Below are positions 60,701 through 64,000 of a DNA stretch of 64,000 nt, in pieces. The number at the start of each line of letters is the position of its first letter. Position 1 is the first letter of the stretch. The translations under genes were made by a program, and so were the position numbers. The stretch covers positions 32,001 through 96,000 of the forward strand of contig JBEKSS010000002.1 in NCBI GenBank assembly GCA_049516875.1. Direction: 5' to 3'. The DNA is from Candidatus Bathyarchaeia archaeon (GTDB lineage: Archaea; Thermoproteota; Bathyarchaeia; Bathyarchaeales; Bathycorpusculaceae). Below the pieces are notes generated by a model that was given only the letters and a program-made list of their open reading frames with translations, was not told the origin of the DNA and did not search any database.

Positions 60701-61735
60701 TTGTCTGGATACGCTGTTGTTGAAAACCCGTCGGCTGAATTATGGAATTCCTTCTTGAAGATGTTTCCTGAAATGAATTTTGAACAGTGTTTTGAGTATG
60801 GCGAAATATCAAAAATGGCATATCCACGAACAAAAGTTGCTAGACTATCCATCACGTACAACGGAGAACCGGTCGGAATAGTTCAAGGAACATATTCGAG
60901 CTATTTCGGCTTCGGTATGACATTGAGAGTAATGCGGGGTCCAATCGTAAACACAGGAACAAAGGAGAATTTTCGGCTAGTTGGGAGTCTTCTGAAAGAA
61001 CTCGAAGACTATAGCAAGAGAAGACGGATAATACACGCACAAATATCGGTTCCTGACTCTTGGCAACTCCAGGAAGTATTCCGCAAAATGAGCTACACGT
61101 CAGCTGATGAAACTAATGAGTACGTTGTGAACCTTCAAGAAGGAATGCAAAAGCTTTGGAAAAGCATTGACCATAATAAGAGGAGAAACATAAAAAAGGC
61201 CGTGAAAGAAGGAGTGGAAATCGTTCAATCACGCAGCCACGAAGATCTAAAAGCCTTCTACTCAATGGTCGAAGCCTCGGTAGAAAGGAGAGGGTACTCA
61301 CCATACCCTCGCTCATGGTTTGAGGCAATATGGAAAATATACAAGCCTGAGTTATCAAAGGTCTTTTTAGCATACTGGAAAGGGAAAAGCGTTTCAGGAG
61401 TCTTCATCGTAGTCCGGGGAAAAACCGTTTACGCATTGGGTGCTGGCTCACTCACCAAAGGATGGGAAGTTAGACCTAACGATATAATGCACTGGAAGGT
61501 CATGGAATGGGCCTACGAAAATGGTTATTCAAAGTATCATATGGGATTGGTTGATGAACCTCCTCCAACCGAAGAATCTTGTGCTTGGGGGATTTGGAGA
61601 TGGAAAAGAGAGTGGAACGGGAGCCTAATAAGAATCCAAAAATTTGACAAGATTCTCCTACCAAAATACAAGCTCATACTTCAAGCTGAAAAATTCGCTG
61701 TACGTGGTTATAAGGGCATCAGACGATTAAAATAG
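60701..61735 (+). CDS. FemAB/FemX-like (GNAT-fold) aminoacyl/acyl-transferase
   Basis: RGPI, LWKSIDHNKRRNIKKAVKEGVEI, PNDIMHWKVMEWA, WKREWNG. Confidence 0.82.
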   Translation: MSGYAVVENPSAELWNSFLKMFPEMNFEQCFEYGEISKMAYPRTKVARLSITYNGEPVGIVQGTYSSYFGFGMTLRVMRGPIVNTGTKENFRLVGSLLKELEDYSKRRRIIHAQISVPDSWQLQEVFRKMSYTSADETNEYVVNLQEGMQKLWKSIDHNKRRNIKKAVKEGVEIVQSRSHEDLKAFYSMVEASVERRGYSPYPRSWFEAIWKIYKPELSKVFLAYWKGKSVSGVFIVVRGKTVYALGAGSLTKGWEVRPNDIMHWKVMEWAYENGYSKYHMGLVDEPPPTEESCAWGIWRWKREWNGSLIRIQKFDKILLPKYKLILQAEKFAVRGYKGIRRLK

Positions 61736-62119
61736 TCAATTCACACGCGCTTCCAATTGGTTAACCAAATCAGCATTGCTAGTGAAAAGTCCAACGATGT
61801 TTGGTATCAAAAGGTCTGAGCGCGCGCGTGTTCCAAATGTTCAGATGTTCGTATACTGTTCGTATGTAAATGAATGGAAACAGAGCAAAGTTCGCTTTCG
61901 TTTTGTATCTATTGCGAAAAAAGCTTCCGAATGTCAAAGGTGGAAAAAACATCGTTATAAGATTTAGCGGAAAAAGAATTCTCCAAATCAAGAAATGTTT
62001 GTCTCCAGATTTTTTGTATAGCAAGACCCTATTTCTCATGCTCATTTCTTTCTTTCCTTTTTCTCTATTTCGTTGACGATAGTGCCCTAGAGGAGCTTTC
62101 CACAAGTATTATCTTCGGA

Positions 62120-63787
62120 ATGCAACCAATTGGGCTTAGGAGAACGGACTTGGTCAGAAGAACCGTTTCTGGGATAACGCTCACGTTATTGTTAACCAGC
62201 GTCCTAGCGTTGACGTTTATCATTCAACCGGTGGGGGCGAGTGATACTATTTACATACGGGCTGACGGATACATAGACCCACCAACTGCACGAATCTCGA
62301 CGCTTGACAACGTCACTTATACATTCACTGGCAACATCAATGATTCTGTTGTGGTGGAGAGAGACAACCTGGTGATTGATGGAGCAGGATACACGCTTCA
62401 GGCAAGTGGAGGCGGCATTGGGATAGACGTTTCGGGTAGGAACAACGTGACAATTAAAAACACAACCATCCAAGGACTCTACTCTGGCATCTATCTCGAT
62501 AAGTCTTCTAACAACAACAGTATAGCTGGAAACAACATAACAAGCAACATCTTTGGCATCTGGTTCGATTCTTCTTCAATCAACAGCGTAAGCGGGAACA
62601 ACATAACAAGCAACGACGTTGGCATCTGGTTCAATTCTTCTTCAATCAACAGCGTAAGCGGGAACAACATAACAAGCAACGACGTTGGCATCTGGTTCAA
62701 TTCTTCTTCAAACAACAGCGTAAGCGGAAACATGTTTTTCAATGACGGTTTGGTTGTTTGGGATTCTCATGATAATGTTGTGGAGGATAATTTGGTGAAT
62801 GGTAGAACCCTCGTGTATCTTGAGGGTGTTTCAGACTACGCTGTTGGCGACGCTGGACAAGTTATACTCGTGAACTGCAACCACATAAAAGTGGAAAACC
62901 TCAACCTGTCCAAAGCAACCATGGGCGTACAACTGTGGAGAACGAGCTACACGACAATAGTTGGAAACGACATAACAGGCAACAGCAACGTTGGCATCAG
63001 GTTCGATTCTTCTTCAATCAACAGCGTAAGCGGGAACAACATAACAAGCAACGACGTTGGCATCTGGTTCAATTCTTCTTCAAACAACAGCATAAGTGGG
63101 AACAACATAACAGAAAACAGCATTGGCATCGCTTTCGATTCTTCTTCAAACGACAGCGTTTACCATAACGACTTTGTTAATAACACACTTCAAGTCTACA
63201 GCAGTCTGTCTATGAATGTTTGGGATGATGGTTATTCTTCTGGCGGCAACTACTGGAGTGACTATGCTGGAATAGACTTGCACAATGGTGTCTATCAGAA
63301 TGAAACAGGTTCTGACTGGATTGGCGATTCGCCTTACATCATAAATCAGAACAACACCGACAGATATCCGTTGATGCATCCTTTTGCTCTGGAAATGCAG
63401 AAATACGAAGTAGCGTTCAGAGATCTTTTAGACCGATATGATGAGATGTATTCAGAACTTGTGGCTTTGAACTCAACTTGCAGAAGCCTCCAAGAATCGA
63501 TTAGCAATTTAACAATAACCTGTGACCTGACACGTGCCAATCTCCAGGGGCATATCAACTCACTGAACAGTACATGCGTCGGTTTGAGTCAGTCACTTAC
63601 AGACCTACAAGGACAATTGAACGGCCTGAACTCAACAATACAAGCATCCATCAATGGATTACAAGAGAAATACAACTCACTGAGCAATCAAGTCAACAAT
63701 CTCCTGAACCTTGTGTATGTCCTCGTAGGTCTGTCAGTCGTTCTCATAATAGTGACGATCTATATTGCAACAAGAAACCGAAGATGA
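62120..63787 (+). CDS. Cell-surface NosD/PbH1 beta-helix protein with coiled-coil stalk and C-terminal TM anchor
   Basis: IYIRADG.IDPPTA, 22-aa GNNITSNDVGIWFNSSSINSVS repeats, GGNYWSDY, heptad region, TM. Confidence 0.87.
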   Translation: MQPIGLRRTDLVRRTVSGITLTLLLTSVLALTFIIQPVGASDTIYIRADGYIDPPTARISTLDNVTYTFTGNINDSVVVERDNLVIDGAGYTLQASGGGIGIDVSGRNNVTIKNTTIQGLYSGIYLDKSSNNNSIAGNNITSNIFGIWFDSSSINSVSGNNITSNDVGIWFNSSSINSVSGNNITSNDVGIWFNSSSNNSVSGNMFFNDGLVVWDSHDNVVEDNLVNGRTLVYLEGVSDYAVGDAGQVILVNCNHIKVENLNLSKATMGVQLWRTSYTTIVGNDITGNSNVGIRFDSSSINSVSGNNITSNDVGIWFNSSSNNSISGNNITENSIGIAFDSSSNDSVYHNDFVNNTLQVYSSLSMNVWDDGYSSGGNYWSDYAGIDLHNGVYQNETGSDWIGDSPYIINQNNTDRYPLMHPFALEMQKYEVAFRDLLDRYDEMYSELVALNSTCRSLQESISNLTITCDLTRANLQGHINSLNSTCVGLSQSLTDLQGQLNGLNSTIQASINGLQEKYNSLSNQVNNLLNLVYVLVGLSVVLIIVTIYIATRNRR

Positions 63788-63874
63788 TACCTCAGACAGA
63801 AATGGAAACTAGCAAAGAACCTGGTAAGAAGCGCGCGCTGTTTTAGTGAAGAAGATGGTAAGACGAAAGATTGA

Positions 63875-64000
63875 ATCACTGAAAGCAATTCTGGTCGCCA
63901 CATCACTGAAAGCAATTCTGGTCGCCACATTTGAAGAAGCAGTATTCTTGTGTACAAAAGCCAGAAGAGCAGGAGTCAGAAGAGCAGGAGTCAGAAAAGC
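63875..64000 (+). repeat. Tandem duplications (2x27 bp; more than 2x15 bp) in a possible ORF starting at 63855
   Basis: atcactgaaagcaattctggtcgccac x2 (63875-63928); cagaagagcaggagt x2 plus partial (63962-64000); both lengths are multiples of 3. Confidence 0.8.

Noticed and set aside
62491-63168. 66 bp repeats as a separate element or antisense genes
   Set aside because: They are the coding repeats of the NosD-type beta-helix
63875-63928. CRISPR-like 27 bp repeat
   Set aside because: Head-to-tail duplication with no spacer

Overview
Archaeal chromosomal window. Gene content and style (NosD/CARDB/dockerin surface proteins, ArsR fusions, DUF1616 cluster, divergent pyrB/pyrI) point to Bathyarchaeia, which is an inference. 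The left half (1-29 kb) holds an ABC exporter, a C25 gingipain-like protease, a stand-alone NurA-HerA pair, porGDAB, a radical SAM enzyme, tRNA-Asn with an integrase-less 2 kb mini-island (PIN toxin module), pyrB/pyrI, tRNA-Pro and an ArsR/ATP-cone/NrdD-like fusion that lacks the catalytic residues. The right half (29-64 kb) is a surface-glycosylation region (rfbABCD, many GT2/GT4, sugar-modifying enzymes, secreted modular proteins). The most unusual signal is about 25 short self-complementary (GC)n and (GATC)n tracts. Wherever a paralogous copy in the window allows comparison, they sit at fragment junctions or replace a short patch of sequence, which suggests scars of an undescribed end-joining or repair process reshaping the glycosylation locus. 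Also seen: a dispersed ~55 bp double-palindrome repeat (5 copies) whose orientation follows local strand skew, and patchwise mosaicism among three paralogous secreted domains. All calls were made by eye from motifs; no searches were run.
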